Assembly: GCA_947632395.1 (NCBI GenBank) | Contig: CANRPA010000003.1 | Coordinates: 257 to 64,256 of the forward strand | Reading direction: 5' to 3' | Origin: an uncultured Bacilli bacterium | Lineage (GTDB): Bacteria; Bacillota_I; Bacilli_A; RF39; UBA660 | Length of the DNA stretch: 64,000 bases | In this document: in pieces, positions 9,122 to 18,805 of the stretch | Numbering within the stretch: position 1 is the stretch's first letter | Layout of the letters: the number at the start of each line of letters is the position of its first letter | The notes under the pieces: generated by a model | Databases searched by the model: none | The model's input: the letters and a program-made list of their open reading frames with translations, nothing else | What the model was told of the DNA's origin: nothing | Translations under genes and position numbers: made by a program

Positions 9122-10474
9122 ATGGATCTAAACAATATTTGGAATTCATTTTTAAATAATATAAAGTCTAAAATTAATGATATTGCATATGATACTTGGT
9201 TTTCTGAAACAAAATTAATTAATTTAAATGAAAATATTGCTACTGTACTGGTTCCTTATCATATACATAAAAAAAGTTTAAGTGAAAATTATAATGATAT
9301 TATAGAAGAAGTATTTACTGAAATAACAGGATCAAATTTTAAATTTAATTATGTTGTAGAAGAGGAAATTGAAAATAATATAACTCAAAGTACTGAAATA
9401 ATAGGTGTACCTAATAACAATGAACCATTTGAAACTAATCTTGATTCTAGGTATACATTTAAAAATTTTATAATAGGTCCTAGTAACAAATTTGCAGCTA
9501 CTAGTGCACTTGCTGTTGCAGAACAACCTGGAAAAATGTATAATCCTTTATTTATATATGGTTCAAGTGGGTTAGGTAAGACTCACTTAATGCAAGCAAT
9601 AGGTAATTACATAGTAAAAAATAGCAATAAAAAAGTTTTATATATACCTTGTGATACTTTTATAAATGATTTTATTGATATATATAGAGATCCATCTTCA
9701 AATAATATTGAAGCTATAAAAAAATTTAAAAATAAATATAGAGATATAGATGTATTGATGATTGATGATATTCATTCATTAGTAAGAGCAAATAGCGCAC
9801 AACAAGAATTTTTTAATACATTTAATGATTTATATAATAATGAAAAGCAAATAATAATATCTTCTGATAGATCTCCTGATGATATAAAAAAATTAGAAGA
9901 GCGTTTAAAAACAAGATTTAATTGGGGACTTCAAGTAAACATTTTACCTCCTGATTTTAAACTTAGAATGGAAATATTAGATAATAAAATAGCAAACAGT
10001 GAACTTACAGAAGTTGTTCCTTATGATGTTAAAGAATATATAGCTAGTAATTGTGTAGGGGATGTTCGTAGACTTGAGGGATCAATTACTCGTGTGTTTG
10101 CTTATGCTACTATGATGAATGGTAGTGAAATAACTCTTGAAATTGCTAAGGAAGCACTTAAAGATGACTATTCTAAAGCTTCTTTATCACAAAATAAAAT
10201 GGATCAAGTTATACAGATTGTTTGTGATTATTATAATGTAAAAGAAGAAGTATTTTTAAGTAAAAATAGAAGTAATGAAGTTGCTATACCTAGAATGATT
10301 GCAATGTATATATGTAGAACTTATTTAGATGAAAATTTAACAAAAATTGGTATTAAATTTGGTGGTAAAAATCATACAACGGTAATGCACGCAGTAAATA
10401 AAATAAAAAAAGCTATTCTTGAAGATGATAAATTAAATACAGAAATTCAAAAAATGATAAATCAAATAAGATAA
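9122..10474 (+). CDS. dnaA: Chromosomal replication initiator protein DnaA
   Basis: 450 aa. AAA+ Walker A GSSGLGKTHL and C-terminal DNA-binding domain GGKNHTTVMHA. SD GGAGG upstream. Confidence 0.98.
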   Translation: MDLNNIWNSFLNNIKSKINDIAYDTWFSETKLINLNENIATVLVPYHIHKKSLSENYNDIIEEVFTEITGSNFKFNYVVEEEIENNITQSTEIIGVPNNNEPFETNLDSRYTFKNFIIGPSNKFAATSALAVAEQPGKMYNPLFIYGSSGLGKTHLMQAIGNYIVKNSNKKVLYIPCDTFINDFIDIYRDPSSNNIEAIKKFKNKYRDIDVLMIDDIHSLVRANSAQQEFFNTFNDLYNNEKQIIISSDRSPDDIKKLEERLKTRFNWGLQVNILPPDFKLRMEILDNKIANSELTEVVPYDVKEYIASNCVGDVRRLEGSITRVFAYATMMNGSEITLEIAKEALKDDYSKASLSQNKMDQVIQIVCDYYNVKEEVFLSKNRSNEVAIPRMIAMYICRTYLDENLTKIGIKFGGKNHTTVMHAVNKIKKAILEDDKLNTEIQKMINQIR

Positions 10475-10602
10475 TGTGCATATTAAAAATTATAAACTTT
10501 TTTATACACATATATTTTATTTTGAAAATAAAGAATAAAATAGGGTTATTAACATTATACACACTAATAAGAATAATAAATATATAAGAAAGAAGGAAGT
10601 AT
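10475..10602. other. oriC, downstream DnaA-box cluster (dnaA-dnaN spacer)
   Basis: 10475-10483 is the reverse of ATATGCACA. 10502-10510 and 10555-10563 are TTATACACA. An AT-only stretch lies between them (candidate unwinding region). Confidence 0.65.
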
Positions 10603-11724
10603 ATGAAATTTTCAATAAAACAAAAAGTTTTTATGGAACATTTAAATTATGTTATAAGGGGTATATCTAATAAAAATTTAATTCCTATTTTAAATTGTAT
10701 TAAATTTGAATTAAAAGAAGAAGGTCTATATTTAATAAGTACAGATAATGAACTTGCAATTAAATCTTTTATACCTGCTTCTGATATAGAAAATATAGAT
10801 ACATTAGGTGATATTCTAATATCAGGTAGATACATATATGATATAGTAAAAAAATTAAATAATGAAATTATTAATATAGAAGAAATAATAGATTCTCAAG
10901 TTTTAATAACAACAAATTCTTCATCATTTAAATTAAATTGTAATGAAGTAAATGATTTTCCAGATGTTGATTTATCTTTTACAGGTGACCCTATATTAAT
11001 AGATTCTCAAGTTTTTAAAACAACAATTAATCAAACAATATTTGCAACTTCAACACAAGAAAGTAGACCAGCTTTAACAGGTATTAATTTTAAAATAAAT
11101 GAAAATTTAATGGAAGTTACTGCAACAGATTCATATAGACTTGCTAAAAAAAGAATTATATTAGATAAAAAAATAGAAAATAATGTTGAGATTATAATTC
11201 CAAGTAGAACTTTAAATGAAATAATTAGATTAATTCCTGATGATGATACAAAAATAGAAATGCATATATTTACAAATAAAGTTATATTTAAAATTAAAAA
11301 TTTAATTGTAATGACAAGACTTATAAATGGAAATTATCCTGATACAAATAAATTAATACCAGAAACATATGAGTTAGTAGTAAAATTAAATTTAAATAAT
11401 TTTTATAACGCAATAGATAGAGCATCTTTATTAACTAATGCAGAAGAAAAAAATACAATAAATTTAGAGATAAAAAAAGATGTAATGATTATTTCATCTA
11501 ATATTCCTGAAATAGGTAATGTTGAAGAAAAAATATCAATATCTAAAAATGTTGATAAAGATATAAAAATTTCATTTAGTTCTAATTATATGATGGATGC
11601 AAATAAAACATTTGATAGTGAAGAAATAGAAATAGCATTTAATGGTGAAATTAGACCAATTATATTAAAATATGTAGATAATGATGATTTAATTCAATTA
11701 ATTCTTCCTATAAGAACATATTAA
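10603..11724 (+). CDS. dnaN: DNA polymerase III beta sliding clamp
   Basis: 373 aa with full-length beta-clamp similarity, directly after dnaA. Confidence 0.97.
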   Translation: MKFSIKQKVFMEHLNYVIRGISNKNLIPILNCIKFELKEEGLYLISTDNELAIKSFIPASDIENIDTLGDILISGRYIYDIVKKLNNEIINIEEIIDSQVLITTNSSSFKLNCNEVNDFPDVDLSFTGDPILIDSQVFKTTINQTIFATSTQESRPALTGINFKINENLMEVTATDSYRLAKKRIILDKKIENNVEIIIPSRTLNEIIRLIPDDDTKIEMHIFTNKVIFKIKNLIVMTRLINGNYPDTNKLIPETYELVVKLNLNNFYNAIDRASLLTNAEEKNTINLEIKKDVMIISSNIPEIGNVEEKISISKNVDKDIKISFSSNYMMDANKTFDSEEIEIAFNGEIRPIILKYVDNDDLIQLILPIRTY

Positions 11725-11756
11725 AATACAAAAAATATAAATTTTGTATTTTTTTT
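11723..11756 (+). terminator. Intrinsic terminator after dnaN
   Basis: AAAATACAAAA-8 nt-TTTTGTATTTT, followed by more T (an A/U-rich stem, so weak). Confidence 0.4.
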
Positions 11757-11840
11757 ACATTTTTTTTAATTAAACGACATATTTCTATTAAATTCGACAA
11801 AAAGGAGGTGTATAAGAGATACCAATGAAAGGGGGATAGT

Positions 11841-12323
11841 ATGGAGGATTATGAAATAAATTCAGCAACTCTTGCAATTATACCAATTGATGAAAAAACA
11901 TCTATGGTATACGAGGAAGAAGAAAATTATGTAGTAAAAAAATCTTCTAATAGTATTATTAAAAATAGTTGCGAATATTATGGTAGTACTTATGAAGGAA
12001 GATGTATAGGTACAAAAACATTAACTGGAATTAAAGGTAAATATCCAATAATAATAGAAGAGAGTAGAAATATAATATTCTTTCCAACGGCTTCTATAAG
12101 AAAAAATCAAAGTAGTTGGATAGCTCTTAATAAGATAAAAAAATACTCTAAATATAAAAATATAAGTAATGTTGTGTTTAAAAATGAAAAATCATTAAAA
12201 ATAGATATAACTTATTATACTTTAGAAAATCAAATTTTACGTGCTAATTTATTAAGTGCAAAAATATTAGAAAGAAAAGAAAAATTATATCAACAATCTA
12301 TTTTAGATAATAATAAAAAATAA
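11841..12323 (+). CDS. comK: ComK-family protein (competence transcription factor homolog)
   Basis: 160 aa. Blocks align with my recollection of B. subtilis ComK: YEINSATLAIIP vs YEVNGATIAVLP; SCEYYGSTYEGR..PIIIEESRNIIFFPTAS vs SCRFFGSSYAGR..PIMVDPSNQIFLFPTLS; SSWIALNKIKKY vs CGWISHVHVKEF; ITYYTLENQILRANLL vs ISYNSFENQVYRTAWL. SD GGGGGA upstream. Confidence 0.75.
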   Translation: MEDYEINSATLAIIPIDEKTSMVYEEEENYVVKKSSNSIIKNSCEYYGSTYEGRCIGTKTLTGIKGKYPIIIEESRNIIFFPTASIRKNQSSWIALNKIKKYSKYKNISNVVFKNEKSLKIDITYYTLENQILRANLLSAKILERKEKLYQQSILDNNKK

Positions 12324-12325
12324 CG

Positions 12326-12360
12326 GAGAAATCTTAAAAAAAATTAGATTTTTCTTTTTT
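12326..12360 (+). terminator. Intrinsic terminator after the comK-like gene
   Basis: GAGAAATCT-11 nt-AGATTTTTC (one G.U pair), followed by TTTTTT. Confidence 0.45.
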
Positions 12361-12459
12361 AATAGGCAATTTTATGATATAATATATAGTGTGTATAGGA
12401 GTACTCAAACTATATAAAAATCAAAAATAGGGGGAATTAAATATGAAAAGAGTAAATTT

Positions 12460-13587
12460 GTGTATTTAAAAAAGTTGAAATTACATAATTTTAGAAATTA
12501 TTTAAGTTTGAATGTTACTCTAACAAAGGGAATTAATATAATTTATGGAAAAAATGCACAAGGAAAGACAAATTTACTTGAAAGTATATATGTTTTAGGT
12601 ATTACAAAATCTCATAGAAGTTTTATAGATGATAGTTTAATAAATATAGAAGGAGAATATCTAACAATAGAAGGAATTGTTAATAATAAACAAATAGATA
12701 ACAAATTTAATGTTTATATAGATAATAAATCAAAAGTGCTTAAATATAATGGAAATAATATAAGAAAAGTAAGTGATTATATATCAAAAATGAATATTAT
12801 AATTTTTTATCCAGATGATTTAGAATTAATAAAGGGTTCTCCACAAGTTAGAAGAAAATATATTAATTTAGAGTTATCTCAGATTTATAGTAATTATTAT
12901 ATTTTAATTCAAGAGTATGAAAAAATACTAAAAATTAGAAATGAATACTTGAAAAAAATATTTAAGAAAGAATCAATTAATAAAACATATATAGAAATTT
13001 TAACAGGTTATTTAATAGATAAATCAATAATGATTTATAAAATGAGAACTAAATTTATAGATAGAATTAATGAATATAGTGGAAAAATTTTTAAAGATAT
13101 TATGAATTTAGATAATTTTTATATTAAATATAAACCTAGTATAGATATTGATATAAATGATCCTAATTTAAAAGATTATTTAAGAGAAGAATATGAAAAA
13201 AAATTAGAATACGATATAAAATTATGTTCAACTAGTATAGGACCACATAAAGATGATATAGAGTTTTTTTTAGATAATAAAAATTTAAAATATTATGGTT
13301 CTCAAGGACAACAAAGGGTAGCTGTTCTTACTCTTAAACTTTCTGAAATAGAATTATTTAAAAAATATAAAGAAACAACTCCTATACTATTATTAGACGA
13401 TATTTTTAGTGAATTAGATGATGTAAAGAAAAATAATTTACTAAAATATATTAACCGTGATATACAAACAATTATTACAACTACTGATTTAAATAATTTA
13501 GATAAAAAATTGATTAAAAAATCTAAATTATTTAATATAAATAATGGCAACATAATAAAAATCAAAGAGGTGATATTAGATGAATAA
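12460..13587 (+). CDS. recF: DNA replication and repair protein RecF
   Basis: 375 aa with a GTG start. N-terminus [14 protein letters not shown], Walker [10 protein letters not shown], signature SQGQQR, Walker B LLLDD. Confidence 0.95.
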   Translation: MYLKKLKLHNFRNYLSLNVTLTKGINIIYGKNAQGKTNLLESIYVLGITKSHRSFIDDSLINIEGEYLTIEGIVNNKQIDNKFNVYIDNKSKVLKYNGNNIRKVSDYISKMNIIIFYPDDLELIKGSPQVRRKYINLELSQIYSNYYILIQEYEKILKIRNEYLKKIFKKESINKTYIEILTGYLIDKSIMIYKMRTKFIDRINEYSGKIFKDIMNLDNFYIKYKPSIDIDINDPNLKDYLREEYEKKLEYDIKLCSTSIGPHKDDIEFFLDNKNLKYYGSQGQQRVAVLTLKLSEIELFKKYKETTPILLLDDIFSELDDVKKNNLLKYINRDIQTIITTTDLNNLDKKLIKKSKLFNINNGNIIKIKEVILDE

Positions 13588-15508
13588 CGAATTAAATCAT
13601 TATGATGCATCAGATATTCAAGTACTTGAAGGGCTTGAAGCGGTTAGAAAAAGACCAGGTATGTATATAGGAACTACAGATGTAAAAGGACTACATCATT
13701 TAGTTTGGGAAATAGTAGATAATGCTATTGATGAATCTTTAGCAGGTTATTGTAATAATATAGAAATTGTTATAAATAAAGGTAATTCAATAACTGTTAA
13801 GGATAATGGACGTGGAATTCCTATTGATATACATCCAAAAACAAAAAAATCTACTGTAGAAACTGTTTATACAGTACTTCATGCAGGTGGAAAATTTGGT
13901 GGTGGAGGTTATAAGGTATCTGGAGGTCTACATGGAGTAGGTGCAAGTGTTGTTAATGCTCTTAGTAAATGGGTTGAAGTAACTGTTTATAAAAATGGTA
14001 CAGTTAATTATATTCGTTTTGAAGATGGTGGACATGCTGTAGAGCCATTAAAGCAAATCGATACATGTGAAGAAAACAGAACAGGTACAACAGTAACATT
14101 TAAACCAGATCCTGACATATTTGATACTGATATATATGACTATAATACTTTAAAAGTAAGAGTACGTGAACTTGCATTTTTAAATAAAGGTCTTAGAATT
14201 ACTTTAAGAGATGATAGAGATGATGAGGATACTACAGGCGAAACATTTATGTATGAAGGTGGTATTTCTGAATATGTTAAATTTATAAATCAAGGTAAAA
14301 CACCAATTCATGAGGATATAATTCATTTAGAAGGAACTGAAGATAATGTTATGTTTGAGGTAGCTCTCCAATATAATAATGGTTATAATGATAATATATA
14401 TTCATTTGTTAACAATATAAATACTCATGATGGTGGTACTCATGAAGAAGGAGTAAAACGTGCACTTACTCGTGTAATTAATAATTATGCTAGAAAAAAT
14501 GGTATGTTAAAAGATAAAGATGAATCTTTAACTGGTGATGATGTTAAAGAAGGAATTACAATGATTATTTCTTGTAAACATCCAAATCCACAATTTGAAG
14601 GTCAAACTAAAGGTCGTTTAGGAAATTCTGAGGTAAGAAAATTGGCAGATAATGTGTTTAGTGAAGGATTTGAAAAATTTTTATTGGAAAATCCAGATGC
14701 TGCGCGTGCAATAGTTGAAAAAGCAATGCTTGCAAGTCGTGCTAGAAATGCGGCTAAGAAAGCTAGGGAAATGACAAGAAAAAGTGATCTTGCAATAACT
14801 AACTTCTTTGGTAAATTATCAGATTGTAAAAGTAAAGATCCTAAAATATCTGAGATATTCATAGTCGAGGGAGATTCTGCCGGTGGAAGTGCTAAAAAAG
14901 GTAGAGATTCTATGACTCAGGCTATTTTGCCACTTAGAGGTAAGATTTTAAATGTAGAAAAATCAAGACTTGATAAGGCATTAGGTAATGAAGAAATTAG
15001 AAGTATAATTACAGCATTTGGTACAGGAATAGGTGAAGAATTTAATATTGATAAATTAAGATATGATAAGATAATAATAATGACCGATGCCGATGTTGAT
15101 GGAGCTCACATTAGAGTTTTACTTCTTACATTATTTTATAGATTTTTTAGACCACTTGTTGAAACTGGACATATTTATGCAGCTCAACCACCTCTTTTTA
15201 GAATTATGCATGGAAAAACAAGAAAATATGTACTTACACCAGAGGAAAAGGATGCATACTTAGCAAGTTTACCAGAAAATGTTCGTAGTCGTGCGGAAAT
15301 TGCTCGTATGAAAGGACTTGGTGAAATGGATGCTGAGGAATTAAATGAAACAACAATGGATATTGAAAAACGTGTATTGAGAAAAATTACAGTTGATGAT
15401 TGTGTAGCCGCTGATGCAATATTTGAAAAATTGATGGGTGATGAAGTTGAACCAAGAAGACAATTTATTGAAGAAAATGCAATATATGTGGAAAATCTTG
15501 ATATTTAG
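13580..15508 (+). CDS. gyrB: DNA gyrase subunit B
   Basis: 642 aa with GHKL ATPase, Toprim EGDSAGG and PLRGKILNV motifs. Confidence 0.98.
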   Translation: MNNELNHYDASDIQVLEGLEAVRKRPGMYIGTTDVKGLHHLVWEIVDNAIDESLAGYCNNIEIVINKGNSITVKDNGRGIPIDIHPKTKKSTVETVYTVLHAGGKFGGGGYKVSGGLHGVGASVVNALSKWVEVTVYKNGTVNYIRFEDGGHAVEPLKQIDTCEENRTGTTVTFKPDPDIFDTDIYDYNTLKVRVRELAFLNKGLRITLRDDRDDEDTTGETFMYEGGISEYVKFINQGKTPIHEDIIHLEGTEDNVMFEVALQYNNGYNDNIYSFVNNINTHDGGTHEEGVKRALTRVINNYARKNGMLKDKDESLTGDDVKEGITMIISCKHPNPQFEGQTKGRLGNSEVRKLADNVFSEGFEKFLLENPDAARAIVEKAMLASRARNAAKKAREMTRKSDLAITNFFGKLSDCKSKDPKISEIFIVEGDSAGGSAKKGRDSMTQAILPLRGKILNVEKSRLDKALGNEEIRSIITAFGTGIGEEFNIDKLRYDKIIIMTDADVDGAHIRVLLLTLFYRFFRPLVETGHIYAAQPPLFRIMHGKTRKYVLTPEEKDAYLASLPENVRSRAEIARMKGLGEMDAEELNETTMDIEKRVLRKITVDDCVAADAIFEKLMGDEVEPRRQFIEENAIYVENLDI

Positions 15509-15518
15509 GAGGTAAACT

Positions 15519-18083
15519 ATGGAAAATAATAATGAAACACAAGAAAATAATGAAGAAATAATAGAAAAATCAGAAAAGTTAAATAATTCAGATATTTTTC
15601 ATGAAAGAGATAGTTTATCTGAAAATAATATAGTAAGTGAGGTAAGTAATTCATTTCTTGATTATTCAATGAGTGTTATTACTTCACGTGCTATACCTGA
15701 TTTAAGAGATGGTTTAAAACCTGTTCATAGAAGAATTTTATGGTCAATGTATGAAGAGGGAAATACACCAGATAAACCTCATAAAAAATCAGCAACAACC
15801 GTTGGATATGTTATGGGACATTATCATCCACATGGTGATTCATCAATATATGAAGCAATGGTTCGTTTAGCTCAAGATTTTAATCAAAGATATATGCTTG
15901 TCGATGGACATGGAAATTTTGGTAATATAGAAGGTGATGGTGCAGCAGCATATCGTTATACAGAAGCACGTCTCTCTAAAATATCTCTTGAATTACTTAG
16001 AGATATAAATAAAGAAACTGTTAATATGGATGACAATTTTGATGCAACAAGTAAAGAGCCTGAAGTATTACCTAGTAGATTTCCAAATGTACTTGTTAAT
16101 GGATCTATGGGAATAGCTGTTGGTATGGCAACTAATATACCACCTCATAATTTAGGTGAAGTTATAGATGGATGTATTGCATATATAGATAATCCAGATA
16201 TTGATACAATCGGACTTATGAAATATATAAAAGGTCCAGATTTTCCAACAGGTGGGGTGATTTTGGGAAATTCTGGTATAAAAAAAGCATATGAAACAGG
16301 TAGAGGAACAATTACTATAAGAAGTAAGGCATCAATTGAGGAACATGCTGGTCATAGTCAAATAATAATTACTGAGGTTCCATATGGTGTAAATACACAA
16401 GATTTAAAAAATAAAGTAGCAGAATTAGTTCATACAAAGGTTATCGAGGGAATTTCTGACTACCATACAGATTTAAAAAATGGTGTAAAAATTACAATTA
16501 CATTAAAGAAAGATGCAAATGCACAAGTTATTCTTAATAATTTATACAAACATACTTCATTTCAGATAAGTTATGGAATTATATTCTTAATGATTGATAA
16601 TAAAACACCAAGGACTTTACCACTTAAAGATATAATTTCAAAATATATTGATTATCAAAAAGAAATTATTATAAGAAGAACTAAATTTGATTTAAAAAAA
16701 TCTGAAGCAAGAGTTCATATATTAGAAGGTTATAAGATTGCTCTTGATAATTTAGATGCTGTAATTAAAATTATTAGAGAATCTGAAACAGATCAAGAGG
16801 CAAGAGATTCTTTAATGAATAATTTTAGTTTAACTCAGATACAAGCAGATAGTATTCTAGAATTAAAATTAAGAAGATTAACTGGTCTTGAAAGAGCTAA
16901 AATTGAAGAAGAACTTAGTAATTTACTTAAATATATCGATGAATTAAATTCAATACTTTCAAGTGAACAAAAGGTTCTTGATATAATTAAAAAAGAATTA
17001 TTAGAAATTAAGAACAAATATTCGGATGAAAGAAGAACTTCTATTGATATGACTGCTATTGATTATATAGATGATGAATCACTTATACCTGTTGAAAGTT
17101 TAGTAGTAACTCTTACTAATAAAGGATATATTAAACGTGTAGGAAGTGAAAACTATAAATCTCAAAATAGAGGTGGAGTTGGAATTAAAGGAATGACAAC
17201 TAATGAGGAAGATTTTGTAGAAAATATACTTTCAATGACAACACATGATTATGTAATGTTTTTTACAAATAAAGGAAAGGTTTATAGGATGAAAGGGTAT
17301 GAAGTACCTTTATATAATAGACAAGCCAAGGGACTTCCTATAATTAATTTGTTACCAATAGAAAAAGATGAAAAAGTAAACGTAATGTTAAAAGTAACAC
17401 CTGATGATAAAGATTCATATGTTGTATTCTGTACTAAAAATGGTAACATAAAGAAAACAAAAATAGAAGAATTTGAAAATATAAGAACAAATGGTAAAAT
17501 TGCAATAACATTAAAAGAAAATGATGAGTTAATTTCAGCAAAAATTACAAGAGGCAATTCAGAAATACTAATAGCTTCTTCAAATGGTAGAATTATAAGA
17601 TTTAATGAAAATGAAATAAGAGTCATGGGAAGAACTGCTTCTGGTGTTAGAGGAATTGATGTTGGTGATGGCTTTGCAGTTGGAATGGAAGATTCATCAA
17701 TAAATAAAGAAGTTCTTGTAGTAACTGAAAATGGTTATGGAAAAAAGACAAATATAGAACAATATAGAATGACTCATAGAGGAAGCAAAGGTGTTAAAGC
17801 CCTTAATGTTACTGAAAAAAATGGAAATATTGTTTCATTTAAGATGGTAAATGGTGATGAAGATTTAATGATTATAACTGATAATGGTGTTATAATTAGA
17901 TTACCACTTATCCAAGTTTCTTCAACAGGTCGTGTTGCGCAAGGTGTTAAATTAATTAATTTAAAAGATAATCAAAAAGTTAGTACAATTGCAATTATTG
18001 ATCATGAGGATGTACAAGAAGAAACAACAAATATTGAAAATACTGAAATTATTGAAGAAAATATTAAAGATGAAAATAATTAA
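15519..18083 (+). CDS. gyrA: DNA gyrase subunit A
   Basis: 854 aa. Active-site region AAYRYTEARL, QRDR HPHGDSSIYEAM, C-terminal beta-pinwheel repeats and an acidic tail. Confidence 0.98.
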   Translation: MENNNETQENNEEIIEKSEKLNNSDIFHERDSLSENNIVSEVSNSFLDYSMSVITSRAIPDLRDGLKPVHRRILWSMYEEGNTPDKPHKKSATTVGYVMGHYHPHGDSSIYEAMVRLAQDFNQRYMLVDGHGNFGNIEGDGAAAYRYTEARLSKISLELLRDINKETVNMDDNFDATSKEPEVLPSRFPNVLVNGSMGIAVGMATNIPPHNLGEVIDGCIAYIDNPDIDTIGLMKYIKGPDFPTGGVILGNSGIKKAYETGRGTITIRSKASIEEHAGHSQIIITEVPYGVNTQDLKNKVAELVHTKVIEGISDYHTDLKNGVKITITLKKDANAQVILNNLYKHTSFQISYGIIFLMIDNKTPRTLPLKDIISKYIDYQKEIIIRRTKFDLKKSEARVHILEGYKIALDNLDAVIKIIRESETDQEARDSLMNNFSLTQIQADSILELKLRRLTGLERAKIEEELSNLLKYIDELNSILSSEQKVLDIIKKELLEIKNKYSDERRTSIDMTAIDYIDDESLIPVESLVVTLTNKGYIKRVGSENYKSQNRGGVGIKGMTTNEEDFVENILSMTTHDYVMFFTNKGKVYRMKGYEVPLYNRQAKGLPIINLLPIEKDEKVNVMLKVTPDDKDSYVVFCTKNGNIKKTKIEEFENIRTNGKIAITLKENDELISAKITRGNSEILIASSNGRIIRFNENEIRVMGRTASGVRGIDVGDGFAVGMEDSSINKEVLVVTENGYGKKTNIEQYRMTHRGSKGVKALNVTEKNGNIVSFKMVNGDEDLMIITDNGVIIRLPLIQVSSTGRVAQGVKLINLKDNQKVSTIAIIDHEDVQEETTNIENTEIIEENIKDENN

Positions 18084-18095
18084 TATTTAAATATA

Positions 18096-18111
18096 TGTTT
18101 CACGTGGAACA
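18096..18111. other. parS site 1 (TGTTTCACGTGGAACA)
   Basis: 15/16 match to the palindromic parS consensus TGTTTCACGTGAAACA. The extended palindrome ATATGTTTCACGTGGAACATAT is followed by a T-run. Confidence 0.85.
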
Positions 18112-18121
18112 TATATTTTTT

Positions 18122-18137
18122 TATTTCCTGGGAAATA
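18122..18137. promoter_or_regulatory. Near-consensus Noc-binding-site-like palindrome (TATTTCCTGGGAAATA)
   Basis: 15/16 match to the NBS consensus TATTTCCCGGGAAATA as I recall it. Located between parS sites 1 and 2. Confidence 0.4.
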
Positions 18138-18151
18138 GTAGTTTATTTTAA

Positions 18152-18167
18152 TGTTTCACGTGAAACA
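18152..18167. other. parS site 2 (TGTTTCACGTGAAACA, perfect)
   Basis: 16/16 palindrome, extended to TTTTAATGTTTCACGTGAAACATTAAAA. Confidence 0.88.
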
Positions 18168-18233
18168 TTAAAATAAATATAAAATAGCCTACAAATTATA
18201 AAAATATTATTAATTTTTTATATAATTAATCAA

Positions 18234-18249
18234 TGTTCCACGTGGAACA
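18234..18249. other. parS site 3 (TGTTCCACGTGGAACA)
   Basis: Perfect palindrome variant with C/G at positions 5 and 12. Confidence 0.85.
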
Positions 18250-18295
18250 TTGTATAAATTTATAATTTTAAATAAATAATAAATAAGAATGGTAA

Positions 18296-18311
18296 TGTTT
18301 CACGTGAAACA
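18296..18311. other. parS site 4 (TGTTTCACGTGAAACA, perfect)
   Basis: 16/16 palindrome. Confidence 0.88.
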
Positions 18312-18435
18312 TTATAAAAAATAATATAAATTTATTTACATCATTATATTTATACAAAATATTTATATTTGAATTAAGTAAAAATAAAAAATAGTCTTTA
18401 AATTTTCTAAATATGTATATTTTTATATAGTACAA

Positions 18436-18451
18436 TGTTCCACGTGAAACA
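18436..18451. other. parS site 5 (TGTTCCACGTGAAACA)
   Basis: Identical to the classical B. subtilis parS sequence as I recall it. Confidence 0.88.
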
Positions 18452-18494
18452 TTAAATAAAATTATATTTTAACTGAATAATATAAAAATGGTAA

Positions 18495-18510
18495 TGTTTC
18501 ACGTGAAACA
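18495..18510. other. parS site 6 (TGTTTCACGTGAAACA, perfect)
   Basis: 16/16 palindrome. Confidence 0.88.
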
Positions 18511-18644
18511 TTATAAAAAATTGATATAAATTTATATTTGTAATATACTATTTATGCACAACATTTATGTTTGAACTAGGTCAGAGTTGGAAAACAGCAG
18601 CCTTAAAAATCTCTAAATGTGTGTGCTTTTTTTATATAATTCAA

Positions 18645-18660
18645 TGTTTCACGTGAAACA
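18645..18660. other. parS site 7 (TGTTTCACGTGAAACA, perfect)
   Basis: 16/16 palindrome. It is the only site without a partner about 60 bp upstream. Confidence 0.88.
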
Positions 18661-18753
18661 TTATAAAAAATAATATAAATTTATTTACATTATTATATTT
18701 ATACAAAATATTTGTATTTGAATAATTAAAAATAAAAAAATATTTTTTAAATT

Positions 18754-18782
18754 TTCTAAATATGTATATTTTTTTATATAAT
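18754..18782 (+). promoter_or_regulatory. Putative tadA-dnaX promoter (TTCTAA-17 bp-TATAAT) embedded in the last parS module
   Basis: TTCTAA at 18754-18759, a 17-nt spacer, TATAAT at 18777-18782. Degenerate copies of the same element precede parS sites 3, 5 and 7. Confidence 0.3.
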
Positions 18783-18789
18783 TAATTAA

Positions 18790-18805
18790 TGTTCCACGTG
18801 GAACA
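18790..18805. other. parS site 8 (TGTTCCACGTGGAACA)
   Basis: Perfect palindrome variant, 7 nt downstream of a TATAAT hexamer. Confidence 0.85.

Noticed and set aside
18512-18643. The GC-richer insert (GGTCAGAGTTGGAAAACAGCAGCC) in the middle parS spacer as a possible small RNA or tRNA fragment.
   Set aside because: It has no cloverleaf, no flanking promoter or terminator beyond the repeat-unit elements, and no extended secondary structure that I could fold by eye. I treat it as spacer divergence within the repeat family.
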